Source: Dictyostelium discoideum | Taxonomy: Eukaryota | Length of the DNA stretch: 64,000 bases | Reading direction: 5' to 3' | NCBI GenBank assembly: GCA_000004695.1 | Contig: CM000150.2 | Span: 1,760,001 to 1,824,000 of the forward strand | In this document: piece after piece, positions 1 through 15,787 of the stretch | Numbering within the stretch: position 1 is the first letter of the stretch | How the letters are laid out: each line of letters starts with the position of its first letter | Position numbers and translations under genes: made by a program | The notes under the pieces: model-generated | What the model was told of the DNA's origin: nothing | Databases searched by the model: none | What the model saw: the letters and a program-made list of their open reading frames with translations, nothing else

Positions 1-299
1 GAACTGTTTATGTTAAGATGATGTCACTTGCAGAATTAATCAAAGTTTTATAGTGAAAAGTCAAGTTTATCTGTAAACGTAAACTTTGAATAGAAAATTT
101 TCTCCCCCGTTCTTAATAGTTCTTCGATCACCAGTACAAAGAGAGTTGGTGATAATAGAGTTTTGGTTCGAAAATAACTAAAACTAAAGATGTTTAAATT
201 GTAAAAATTGAAAAATAAAGTTGGTTTTGATTCACTCTTTAGAGTATTATTATATAATATTAATTGTATGTTTACTTTATAAAGTTGAATTTTTATTAA

Positions 300-316
300 A
301 CAAGATTCGAACTTGT
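300..316 (-). promoter_or_regulatory. External B-box-like element (ACAAGTTCGAATCTTGT on the minus strand) about 25 bp downstream of the tRNA-Arg 3' end
   Basis: This is an isolated copy of the pol III B-box / T-arm consensus GTTCGAATC with flanking 5-bp inverted arms. It is too close to the tRNA 3' end, and lacks the upstream parts, to be a second tRNA. Many Dictyostelium tRNA genes carry such an extra B box. Confidence 0.45.
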
Positions 317-337
317 GATCTAACTTTCCAATTTTTT

Positions 338-411
338 AAAAACTGTACGAGACCATCAGGGGTCGAACCTGAGACCTACCGGTTCGTAGCCGGTCGTTAT
401 ATCCAACTAAA
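338..411 (-). tRNA. tRNA-Arg, anticodon ACG (reads CGU)
   Basis: The reverse complement folds as a canonical cloverleaf. The acceptor stem GGGACUA pairs with UGGUCUC (two G-U pairs). There is a D-arm, an anticodon stem ACCGG/CCGGU with loop CU-ACG-AA, a 5-nt variable loop, and a T-arm UCAGG-UUCGACC-CCUGA. The discriminator is G. There is no intron and no encoded CCA. Confidence 0.85.
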
Positions 412-465
412 CTATAGTCCCTTTGATATTTCTTGAAAAAATTAGTTTATTAAAACCTATTTCTT

Positions 466-522
466 ATCAAGGAGAAGCAAATAATAATTGCGTTATCCAA
501 TTCAAAAAAAAAAAAAAAAAAA
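466..522 (+). mobile_element. 5'-truncated 3'-terminal fragment of a TRE5-A-like non-LTR retrotransposon (C-module end plus oligo(A)), flanked by a 14-bp target-site duplication
   Basis: The 38-bp stretch at 466-503 is identical to the 3' terminus of the minus-strand elements at 13101-13140 and 30366-30405. It is followed by A19. The direct repeat aaaacctatttctt sits at 452-465 and again at 519-532. The insertion point is about 54 bp upstream of the tRNA-Arg 5' end. Confidence 0.6.
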
Positions 523-1068
523 CCTATTTCTTCCAAATTAAAAAAAAAAAAATCTTTTGTTTAAAGAATAATTTCATTGTCCAAAAAAAAAAATTTTTAA
601 ACAAAAGATTTTTTTTTTTGGACAATGAAATTATTCTTTAAACATTTGTCCTAATTTTATTAAGAGTTTTAAGGCCTTAAAAGTGTACACTTTTTAATTT
701 AAGGATATTATGGTTTTTTTTTTTTTTACAGTATTCTACTTGAATTGATTTAATAAACCAAATAGTAAATAAATAAATTTTAATAACCTAAATTACTATT
801 AAATTTAAAATTTTATTTAAAATTTAATTTAAAATTTTTAATTTAAATACACCATGGTGACCAAAATTTTCACTTCCGTTAATTAAAAAAAATCTTTTTT
901 TTTTCATTTTTTTTTTTTTTTTTTCATTTTTTTTTTTTTTTTTTTGAATTTTTTTTTTTTTTAAAAAAAAAAAATAAAAAAAAATTAATAAAAAAAAAAA
1001 AAATAATTTATTGATTGTTGTGGGAAAAAAAAAATAAATAATAAAGGCAACAACAACAACAACTACAA

Positions 1069-3956
<2,888 letters not shown>

Positions 3957-3994
3957 AACATATCTTTAAAATATAAAAAAAAAAAAAAAAAAAT

Positions 3995-4043
<49 letters not shown>

Positions 4044-4264
4044 ATCAAAAAAAAAAAAAATAAAAATTAAAAATAAATTAACCAAAAAAACCTTTTGGAA
4101 AAAAAAAAACATAAACTGTTTTACATAACTATAAATAGAATTTTTTTTTTTTTTTTTTTTTTCTTTTCTTTTTTTTTTTTTTTTTAAATTTTTTTTTTGA
4201 ATTTTTTTTTTTTTTCATTATTTTTTTAAAACTACTATGAAAATGAAATTAAAATAAAAAAAAA

Positions 4265-6742
<2,478 letters not shown>

Positions 6743-6761
6743 TTTTAATATTAAAATAAAA

Positions 6762-6797
<36 letters not shown>

Positions 6798-6830
6798 TAT
6801 TATTTGTAAATTTTATATCTCTTTTTTTTT

Positions 6831-8018
6831 TTAACAACCTTTAACACCACCACTAATTGGAACTTCACGACAAATACCAGATTTACATTGATAATTATAA
6901 TCACATGTAATTGGATTACCATCATTTGTTAATGGTATACATCTTGGAATACCATTTACCCAAGATATTAAATTATTTGATTGATCACAATGATCACATG
7001 AATCACCCGTAAAACCTTGAGCACAAATACAATGACTTTTATTTAAATTTGAATCAAATAAAATTTCATTTAAACCTGTATTAACATTAATTCTTGAAAT
7101 TTTACCATTTAATGAATAATAAATGAAATCATTATAATATTTAAAAGAAGTTGGTAAATCTGATAAAATAGTTTTCTTTGGTCCAAATGTATTTGATAAT
7201 GAAATTGAATATAATTTTTTATCAAATTGATTTGAATAATATAAATCACTTGTTGAAACGTCAAATTCTTTAATTGTATATGCTTTACTTTCATTATACA
7301 CCATTGGTAAATCACGAATATATCCACCATTACTTTTTGGACTTAAGCTACCTTTATAAATTACATTTGTACCATCATAAATATATAAATCACTACCGTC
7401 ATCATTACCACTGGTGGTGGCGGTGTTAATGCCATTTGATTTCATTTCAAAACATGGACCATTATATAAAGTTTCACCTAAATCATTATATTTACCAATT
7501 TCACCTTTAAATATTTTATTTGCATATGGCCAACATGTGTATTGAGTATTTGTAGATTGTTTGAAAATGAAATTACCAATTTGATTCCATGTTAATTCAT
7601 TTCCAATTGTATTATTTGTAAAGAATATATTACTTGTTGGACCTGCTATACGTCTTTCAATATCGATAACAATATTTTGTGATTTCGAATCAACCAATTG
7701 TAATAAACCAATAACTTTTGTATATGTTGTTTGACCAAATAATGTATTTTGTGATTTTAAATAATTACCATTTTCATTTACCTGGGGTTGAATTGGTACT
7801 GAAACTACTCTTGGTTCAAATTCATCACTATATTTAATTGTAAATAAAATTCTACCATTCTCTTTATCTATATCAATTCTTTGTCCACCATTCTCTAATA
7901 ATGTTGCATTATTTTTACATAATGTAAATGGTGAATTACCACATGACCCATTTGAATCACAAGATGATGTATATGAAATTATACCAATTAAAATTAGTAA
8001 TAATAATAATAATTTCAT
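6831..8018 (-). CDS. Secreted cysteine-rich protein with C-terminal EGF-like module (paralog A)
   Basis: A 395-aa ORF has an N-terminal signal peptide MKLLLLLLILIGIISYTSSC. The C-terminus reads CICAQGFTGDSCDHCD...ISWVNGIPRCIPL..DGNPITCDYNYQC, which is an EGF/laminin-EGF-like cysteine spacing. It is collinear with paralog B at 8454-9626. Confidence 0.65.
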   Translation of the reverse strand: MKLLLLLLILIGIISYTSSCDSNGSCGNSPFTLCKNNATLLENGGQRIDIDKENGRILFTIKYSDEFEPRVVSVPIQPQVNENGNYLKSQNTLFGQTTYTKVIGLLQLVDSKSQNIVIDIERRIAGPTSNIFFTNNTIGNELTWNQIGNFIFKQSTNTQYTCWPYANKIFKGEIGKYNDLGETLYNGPCFEMKSNGINTATTSGNDDGSDLYIYDGTNVIYKGSLSPKSNGGYIRDLPMVYNESKAYTIKEFDVSTSDLYYSNQFDKKLYSISLSNTFGPKKTILSDLPTSFKYYNDFIYYSLNGKISRINVNTGLNEILFDSNLNKSHCICAQGFTGDSCDHCDQSNNLISWVNGIPRCIPLTNDGNPITCDYNYQCKSGICREVPISGGVKGC

Positions 8019-8453
8019 TTTTTTTTTTTTTTAAAAAAAATATTATTATTAAAATTAACAAAATACTTTTTTTTTTTTTTTATTCATTTTATAGTTTTTT
8101 TTTTTTTTATTTCTTTTTTCATTTCATTCTTTTTTGTATACATATGAAATTATGTAAAAGTGTGTTGTATAAATTTGGAAAAATAAAATAAAAATAAAAA
8201 TAAAAAAAAAAAAAATAAAAAAAAGAAACACACCAGATTTAAAAATAAATTCCAGATTTAAAAAATTTCTTCAAAAAAAAAAAAAAAAAAAAAAAGTTGT
8301 AATTTTAATATTATTATTATTATTTTATATTTTATATTTTTTTATTTTTATATTTTTTATTGAATAGTTTATTATTATTATTAATTTTTTTATTTTTTAA
8401 AAAAAAAAAAATAAATAAATAATAATTTAAAATAAATATTTTTATTCTCTCTC

Positions 8454-9626
8454 TCAAGTTGAACAACCTTTATTACCACCAGATAAAACAATTTCTTTAC
8501 AAATTTTAACATTATATGGTGAACATTGATAATTAAAATCACAAGTTATTGGATTACCATCAGAAGCTAATGGAATACATCTTGGTATACCATTTACCCA
8601 ACTAATAATATTTTTTGAAGTATCACATTGATTACATGATGAACCAGTGAAACCTTGAGCACAAATACAATGACCAACAGTTGAAGATGAGTCAAATAAA
8701 ATTTGAGGTAAGTTATCACCATTGGTGGAAACTCTTACAATTTTACCACCTTGTTGATAATATAACCAATTATTATGATATTTAAAAAATGTTGGAATGA
8801 AACCAATATCTAATATAACTTTTTTTTGATTTGTTGAAGATATTAAAACTTGATAGATTTTATTATCAGATTTACTAGTGTAAAATATACGATTAGATGA
8901 ATCATCAACATCGAAAATACCCATATTTGAATCTTGGAAAATCATAGGTAAACTTGAGATAACTGCATGTGGACCGTTTAAATTACCATTACGAATTGAA
9001 CCATTACCGTCTTGGATCAATAATGAGCTTTGGTAAGCTCTAATTGCAACTACTACACCAGAATATAATTGGCTACCCAAATTATTGTATTCTCCAATTT
9101 TACCCTTATAAACACCATTGGTGTATGGCCAACAAGTCCATTGTATATTATTAATTTCATCAAATATGAAATTACCTGGTACTGTCCATGTTAATTCATT
9201 ACCAAATGTATTGTTTGAAAAGAAAATATTGGCTGTTGTACCAGCGATTCTTACACTTCTATTGATCACCATTGATTTTGAAATTGGTCCAACATATTGA
9301 ATTAATCCTTGAATGATTTGGTATGTTGATTGACCATATAATGTTGAATGACTAATTACGTCATTTCCATTACTACCATCAACTGGAATTGATACAACAC
9401 GTTTTTCAAATTCATCTGGATATTGAACTGTAAAAAATAATCTACCATGAACTTTATCAATATCAATTCTATTATCATATTGATCAATTACAGTTTTATT
9501 TGTTCTACATCTTGTATATGGAGTATTACCACATTGCCAATCATGTTCACAACTACAATTAATTAATAAAATTTTACATAATATTAAAATTGAAATTAAA
9601 ATTAAATTATTAATTTTCATTTTCAT
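8454..9626 (-). CDS. Secreted cysteine-rich protein with C-terminal EGF-like module (paralog B, tandem duplicate of 6831-8018)
   Basis: A 390-aa ORF with a signal peptide. It shares motifs with paralog A throughout (RIDIDK..GR.FFT..Y.DEFE.RVVS.P, NIFF.NNT.GNELTW, CICAQGFTG.SC.QCD, ISWVNGIPRCIPL, DGNPITCD.NYQC). Both copies are in the same orientation. Confidence 0.65.
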   Translation of the reverse strand: MKMKINNLILISILILCKILLINCSCEHDWQCGNTPYTRCRTNKTVIDQYDNRIDIDKVHGRLFFTVQYPDEFEKRVVSIPVDGSNGNDVISHSTLYGQSTYQIIQGLIQYVGPISKSMVINRSVRIAGTTANIFFSNNTFGNELTWTVPGNFIFDEINNIQWTCWPYTNGVYKGKIGEYNNLGSQLYSGVVVAIRAYQSSLLIQDGNGSIRNGNLNGPHAVISSLPMIFQDSNMGIFDVDDSSNRIFYTSKSDNKIYQVLISSTNQKKVILDIGFIPTFFKYHNNWLYYQQGGKIVRVSTNGDNLPQILFDSSSTVGHCICAQGFTGSSCNQCDTSKNIISWVNGIPRCIPLASDGNPITCDFNYQCSPYNVKICKEIVLSGGNKGCST

Positions 9627-9656
9627 TTTTTTTTTAATTTTTTTTTTTAATTTATA

Positions 9657-9687
<31 letters not shown>

Positions 9688-11284
9688 TTTTTTTTAAATA
9701 AATAAAAAGATTAATAAATATTTTATAAATGAATATTTTAAATTAAATTATGAGAATAAATTTTTTTTTTTTTTTACTCTTTTATAGTTAATTTAAAATA
9801 TTTTTTATATATTATATTTTTTTATTTAAAAAATTAAAAATTTATAAAAAAAAAAAAAATTAATCATTTAAAAAAAATGAATAAATTAACAATAGATTGT
9901 TGTGGGGTTAGTATATTTGTGTCAAAATATAAAAATTAAAATACTCACTAATTGGTGGTTAAAAAAAAAAAAAAAAAAAAAAACCAATTCACCGATTACA
10001 CACTTTTACATTCACATTAATTTTAAAGTTTATGATCTAAAAAAAATTACAATTTATCCAAAAAAAGAAATCATTTTAATTTTATAAATTTTTTTTGTTG
10101 TATATGAATCGCCATCAATTTCTAAAATGTTTTTTACACCATAATAAATTTTATATATTTATTTTATTTATTTATTTATTTTTTAATTTATTTATTTATT
10201 TTTTTTTATTTTTAATAAAAACAATGTTTTTTATCATACAAAATATAAGCTTTTATTATTATCCATTGAGTAAAAAAAAAAAAAAAAAAAAATTTATAAT
10301 AAATATAAAAATAAATAATAATTAAAAAAAAAAAAAAAAAATAATTAAATGGTAATAAAAAATATTTCAATTATTTTTAATTAACACATTCAAATTGAAA
10401 TTATATGAGTTTGTGTTTATAGTCTATGGTTTACTTAAAGTTTTATTTGATTCAACTTCAACTAATGGTAAAAGAATTTGTGATCAATTTTTCACTGGAT
10501 AATCAATAAATCAAAGTGATACTTTAAAAATAATGTAATAAAATTAAAATTAAAATTAAAAAAAAAAATTAAAAAAAGGAAATAAAAACTAATTTTTTTA
10601 TAAAAATAATATTTAATTTAATTTAGAACCCAATAGAATAGAATAGAAAACATTTTGGTATATCAATAGACAAACCAATAATATTTTGATGGTGTGAAAT
10701 ATTGCTCACAAATTCAATTTCCTATTACAATAATTTCAAAATAATCAAATTTTTTTTTTTTTTTTTATTTATTTAAAAAATTAACACCTTTTACCAATGT
10801 AATAAATTTTTTTTTTAAAATAATTTTTATATTGGGTTTTTAATTGATTGTAAATAGAAAAAAAAATAATTAATGATGTGTTTTTTTTTTTTCTATTCAT
10901 TAATTTTATCATTTTTTTATTTTCCCTTTATCTTTATTTTAAAACAACTGAATAATACTTTTTTTTTTTTTTTGTTAAACAATAAAAAAAAAAAAAAAAA
11001 AAGTATTATTAAAATATAACAAAAAAATAAAAAAAGTATTACTCAGTTGCGAACAATAAAAAAAAAAAAAAAAAATTTAATAAAAAACAAATTTCAAACC
11101 AATTTTAAAATAAAAATAATAATTAATAAATAATTAATAAATAATAAATAAATAATAAATAATTAATAAAAAATAAATGAAAAATAAAAATAAATAATAA
11201 AAAAATAAATAAATAAATAAATAATATAATTATTTATTATCTTTTTAATTTTCTTTTAATTTTTTAATTTTTATTTTAATTAAT

Positions 11285-12395
11285 TTAATAAGAATTTTTA
11301 TGAAGATGTGGTGTATTATAATATTGTAAAGCTTCAGCATAATTTGAAGAATGTTTTGAATCAATTACTTCACAAGCTTCTAAATACTTTTCAATATATT
11401 TCTTATGTAATGGAAAAGTATTTTTATTTGTAATAGCTATTTGAAATCCATCATAATAAGTACGTGCTAATGGCATAATTCCAGATGCATATTTTTCGCC
11501 CATTTCAATTAATTCATCAACTTTTTTTAATGATTCTCTAATATCATCCTCTGTACGAATTGGTAATGTAAAAATTAATTCATCCAATTCATGACCTTTT
11601 TGAATTGAATCAATGATTTCTTTATTTTTACAAATACAACTACTATCACAATTAATATCCCATTTTGGTCTAATAACAGATTCTCTAACATCTCTAACCT
11701 CTTTACTTGATGAAAAATCATTATAAAAATAATATTGAATTGAAATCTCTTCACCTTCTTGAATATCTTTAATTGCTACCAATATAAATGAATTTAAATC
11801 TGGTATAAATTTATTTGTTGCATTATTTCTACAATCATGATTAACTCTTGCTAATCTAATACCTAAATTATCACCACCTTCTTTTGTAAAAAATGAATTT
11901 AAATCCCATCTGTTATTTTTCATAAAAAAAAAAATAATAATTAGTAACTTCCAACCCCCCCATATTTTTCACACATAAAAAAAAAAAAGTCAAATTTAAA
12001 ATTAAAAAGCATGGGTGTGGGGAGTGGGAAATTTTTAAAAATATATTTAATTACTTTTCTTGTAATGTGCCACCATGTGGCATTAAAGAATTTATAAATT
12101 CAAATGGTGTTTCTTTAATAGTTCTATAACCTCTATCAACCATAATTTTTGTATGTTTTGGTAATAATCTTTTTGCAAATACACCTAAACCTTTACCTTC
12201 AGTTTCTTTGACTTCCCAATCAATATCTTCTTCACCAATATTATCTTTACACCAAATTTTATGTGATTGTCCTTTACTTGTCCAATCACTAACTTGACAT
12301 TCTCTTGAACAATATGTTCTACGCATACATCCTGCACATTTTTTAATTTCATCTCCTTCAATACTTTTAAGGCAATATGCACAATGTCTTGTCAT
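11285..12395 (-). CDS. MYND zinc-finger plus SET-domain protein (SMYD-like lysine methyltransferase). Two exons, approximately 12395-12055 and 11909-11285
   Basis: Exon 1 contains the zf-MYND motif C-x2-C...C-x2-C...C-x3-C (MTRHCAYCLK...KCAGCMRRTYCSRECQVSDWTSKGQSHKIWC) and then the SET N-motif EGKGLGVFA. Exon 2 contains the SET core RVNHDCRNNA (the NHSC motif) and EEISIQYY (the ELxxxY motif). The donor is GTAATT and the acceptor AACAG, with phases matching. Confidence 0.7.
12010..12029. promoter_or_regulatory. G-box-like GC-rich island (catGGGTGTGGGGAGTGGGaa) within the intron of the MYND+SET gene. A C7 run lies nearby at 11951-11976
   Basis: This is an isolated G/GT-rich 20-mer in DNA that is otherwise more than 85% A+T. 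It resembles the G-box and CA-rich elements bound by Dictyostelium GBF. Confidence 0.3.
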
Positions 12396-12639
12396 TTTTT
12401 TTTTTTTTTTTTGTTTCACAATATTTTTTTCGTTTGGAAAAATAAAAAGTGGATTAAAAAAAAAAAAAAAAAAAATAAAAATAAAAATAAAAATAAAAAA
12501 AAAAAAAAAAAAAAAAAATGACAAAAACGAAAATGAAAGATTTTTTTTTTTTTTTTTTTTTTTTATTTTTTTTTTTAATTTTGATTGGTCGCTTTTATCT
12601 CTTTCAAAATTTCATGATCTTTTTGTAGTCATTTTTTTT

Positions 12640-12717
12640 AATTTTATTTTATTTTATTTTATTTTATTTTATTTTATTTTATTTTATTTTATTTTATTTT
12701 ATTTTATTTTATTTATT
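12640..12717. repeat. (ATTTT)n pentanucleotide microsatellite of about 15 units, upstream of the SMYD-like gene
   Basis: Direct reading of the sequence. Confidence 0.9.
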
Positions 12718-13069
12718 TTGGAAAAATTTATGGGTCCCATAAAAAATTAAAAAAAAACAAAAATATTTTAGTTTTTATATTTATTTTTTAAGTGAAACAA
12801 TTTCTTAAAATATGATAAAAACTATTAAAAAATAAGAAATTGAGGAATTTTATTAATTTATATTTCTTATTTCTTTTCTTCTTGTGTTAGTATTTCCGAT
12901 TCTTCAGGTTCATCGCATTGTGTGACATCAACTGGTTTTAAATGAATATTACCAATGATATTTCTTATTTCTTTTCTTCAGATTCATCTCTTTTCTTCAG
13001 AGTACCTGGTGAAAGTGGAAAAAACGCGAACTTTTTTTGTATCGATAACGGATTTTGGAAAAAAAAACG

Positions 13070-13072
<3 letters not shown>

Positions 13073-13100
<28 letters not shown>

Positions 13101-13412
13101 GAATTGGATAACGCAATTATTATTTGCTTCTCCTTGAGATGCTAGATCTCATTTTATTTTTTTTTTTTTTTTACAGGGTCTTTTTGATTAAAACATCTTT
13201 TTTGTCCAAACTTTTTTCTAAATCTTTTTTTATTTTATCGTCTGGTTCGTGATTGATGTTTATGACGTATTTGAATTGTTTTTTTTTTAATTGAGTTTTA
13301 TCCACAATTTCGCTTATTTTTTGTAGGCATTTGTGTTGCTTAATATTTGTGGTGTTGTTTGTGATTTTCATTTTATTTTCTTTCTATCTTTTTTATTTTT
13401 CTGATTAACTTG

Positions 13413-13472
<60 letters not shown>

Positions 13473-14452
13473 TTATAGAAAGTACTGAGTGAATTATTGT
13501 ATTTTTTGAGATGTTTAGGAAGTTCTATTGCGGGTGTTGATGATGATTTGTGACACCCCTTGTCCTGTTTTATCAATTGGTGCGTGGTGTGTTATTTTGT
13601 TTTTATATTGTTGATTTATTGAGTAAATTTTATTTGTTTTTATATTTGTTTCAGTTAGAAGTGCTGCGTCCAGCTTGTTGTTGTCTAAAACGGTGTTTAT
13701 TATGCTGGCAGATTGGATGGTGTTGGATCCTTGGACGTTCCAAACACCTATTCTTATTGTGTTTTTCTTTATAGTTTTATTTGGGGTAGATTTTTATCTA
13801 CCTTTTGAAGTTTCTGGTTTATTTTGTCTTCTAACTGATCTTTACTTTGTTCATTGTGTTGTTGGTCTTGTGTGTTTGTGGGGTTTTTTGATTTATTGAT
13901 TTGTTTTAGAATTTCCTTGTTGAAGTTGTCTATATCTTCATCCATTTTTGTTTTTATGCTTTTTTGTCCATATTCACCCAATTTTGGTTTGACTGGTGTT
14001 TTGTTGGTCTTGTTTGTTTTGTCTTGTTGTTTCTTTTTTGGTGTGTTTAACAATTTACTTGGTGAATCGATAATTTTCGATGGTGTACCATAGGTTGGGC
14101 TGAAACTCATGATATGTTTTATTGGAGAGGAGAAGAACCATTGATTTGAAGGGATTGAAAGTGGGAATTCTATTTTTCTTATTGCATCAGTGTTTGGGCT
14201 GGTGAAGTCGAAGATATCATTTGCCTCTCTAAGTTTTTCTTCCGTTGTTAGTCCCTTTGTTTCGCCGTGTTGTTTTATTGGTGTATTGTATGGAGATGGT
14301 GGTTCGATAGGTTTTTCTGATTTTGTTTTAATTTCTTGATTGTTTATCGATTGTGTATTGATCTCATTCTCTATTCTTGTTAGTTCATCTACGTTTTCTA
14401 GTGATGCTTCTATTACCTTTTGAGCTGTATCATCTAGGGCCATAAATGTTTA
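13073..14452 (-). mobile_element. TRE5-A-like non-LTR retrotransposon, copy 1. It is 5'-truncated and its 5' side abuts the plus-strand element
   Basis: A 28-nt oligo(A) tail is seen as a T-run at 13073-13100. It is followed by the shared C-module terminus gaattggataacgcaattattatttgcttctccttga, then a B-module-like block carrying the start of the MKITNNTTNIK... ORF, an internal oligo(A), and an ORF1-like segment at 13769-14443. The element is collinear and nearly identical with copy 2 at 30333-31700. Confidence 0.6.
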
Positions 14453-14578
14453 TGTGGAGAATTTATACATATAATAAATAAATCACTGTTATATCTTCAC
14501 CGCCACATTCATTCCTCTTAATTTTACCCTTTTTTTGCTCATTAAAGCAAGGGCTATCGTCCTATATACTTTTCAACA

Positions 14579-15787
14579 ATGGCTGATGATCACTCAACTG
14601 AATTACAGTTAAATCATACAGATAACAACACGACCAATACAAATAATACCTCCACAACCTCAACAACAAAAAATAAAAGTGCAAAAATCGACACACCTAA
14701 AAAACAAACCCCAACAAACCAACTCTCACTAAACAAAGGACTTGATAATCAATTAGATATCATTGCACCTCCATCAATCACAAGACCACTCTCTTTCTTA
14801 GAAAAAAACAATAACACCATCAACATTAAGTGTTACTTTAATCAACCACACATCCGTGAAGAATTAACCTCAAAAGATGACACAAGAATTCAACAAATTC
14901 ACAAAAACATTCACAAACTCTTCGAAGATATACTGTCGCCATCAGCATTCAAAATAATTGGTGCAACTGCCTTCGTAAATTGCAACGTTGATAAATTAAC
15001 TTCAATAATCAACCTTCAAAACCAACTTGCACTAAATATCGACAAACTCAACTATAGATTCGATATATCATCAAATGATTATGCAATCATTAAAACATTC
15101 ATTAAAACGTACTCACCCAAACATGCAAACGATGCAATTACAAACAACCTCACTAAATTCACCAGTTGTACATCAATTGAATCATTTACTGTCACATACT
15201 CATATGCTGTTGCGTTTAAAAGCTACATTATAACATATCATCTAATTGATCACACACACAACATTATTGATCAAAAGATCGAACAACCATCTGGTATCAC
15301 AAGATATATCAAAGCTGCAACACGTAGTGTCACTAAACACAAAATTCAACATGCAAAAAATGCAGATATGGCAACAACTATAAAAAATGCCATCACAAAC
15401 CCAAACATGAACAAAAACAATCAACCACCAAAAAACAACATTAACACCCCACCAATCAACGAAATTGCAAATTCCAATCGCAATAATAACTCACTTCAAA
15501 ATAGTGGTTCAAAAGCTATACTAAATGAATCACTTGATATTAACAATCAATCCCAAAACAATAATGAAATTTCACACAAAAGTGATTCTTCAAATAATAA
15601 TAACGGGAAAAACTCTTTATCAATGAGCAATCCAACCGATCCAACAATTGTACCACAAAAACCTCTACAATCTCAACCAAACAAACCAAGTGCACCAACT
15701 CCAAATACAATAAATACAAGAAGAAGCAGCAATGCCCTGACTACACAACCAGTCAATACTGGTGCTGCCAAACCTAGTAAGGTATGA
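14579..15787 (+). CDS. Retrotransposon ORF1 (402 aa), S/T/N-rich nucleic-acid-binding-type protein
   Basis: An intact ORF that starts at ATG 14579 and ends at a TGA overlapping the ORF2 ATG. Confidence 0.7.
   Translation: MADDHSTELQLNHTDNNTTNTNNTSTTSTTKNKSAKIDTPKKQTPTNQLSLNKGLDNQLDIIAPPSITRPLSFLEKNNNTINIKCYFNQPHIREELTSKDDTRIQQIHKNIHKLFEDILSPSAFKIIGATAFVNCNVDKLTSIINLQNQLALNIDKLNYRFDISSNDYAIIKTFIKTYSPKHANDAITNNLTKFTSCTSIESFTVTYSYAVAFKSYIITYHLIDHTHNIIDQKIEQPSGITRYIKAATRSVTKHKIQHAKNADMATTIKNAITNPNMNKNNQPPKNNINTPPINEIANSNRNNNSLQNSGSKAILNESLDINNQSQNNNEISHKSDSSNNNNGKNSLSMSNPTDPTIVPQKPLQSQPNKPSAPTPNTINTRRSSNALTTQPVNTGAAKPSKV

Noticed and set aside
1-230. Moderately GC-balanced block downstream of the tRNA, considered as the edge of a TRE3-type element inserted downstream of the tRNA and extending off the window
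   Set aside because: It has no similarity to any of the three element types resolved in this window and no ORF or tail signature. This cannot be decided without sequence to the left.
296-330. Possible second tRNA suggested by a perfect T-arm (ACAAG-TTCGAAT-CTTGT)
   Set aside because: Only 31 nt separate it from the tRNA-Arg 3' end, and no acceptor, D or anticodon arms can be formed. It is interpreted as an external B box.
221-641. Plus-strand ORFs of 71 aa and 72 aa overlapping the tRNA-Arg gene and the A-rich flank
   Set aside because: They overlap a well-folded tRNA and poly(A) runs and have low-complexity translations. They are spurious.
13017-13080. Apparent direct repeat ggaaaaaacgcgaacttttttt / ggaaaaaaaaacgaactttttttt flanking an 18-bp spacer, considered as a TSD pair of a micro-insertion
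   Set aside because: The repeat is imperfect and made of low-complexity A/T runs. There is no recognisable element tail between the copies. It is more likely part of the TRE5-A oligo(A) target region.
13550-14093. Plus-strand ORFs at 13550-13774, 13675-13899 and 13854-14093, and their twins at 30814-31148
   Set aside because: They are antisense to the TRE5-A ORF1 region, Cys/Leu/Phe-rich, and duplicated only because the element is duplicated.
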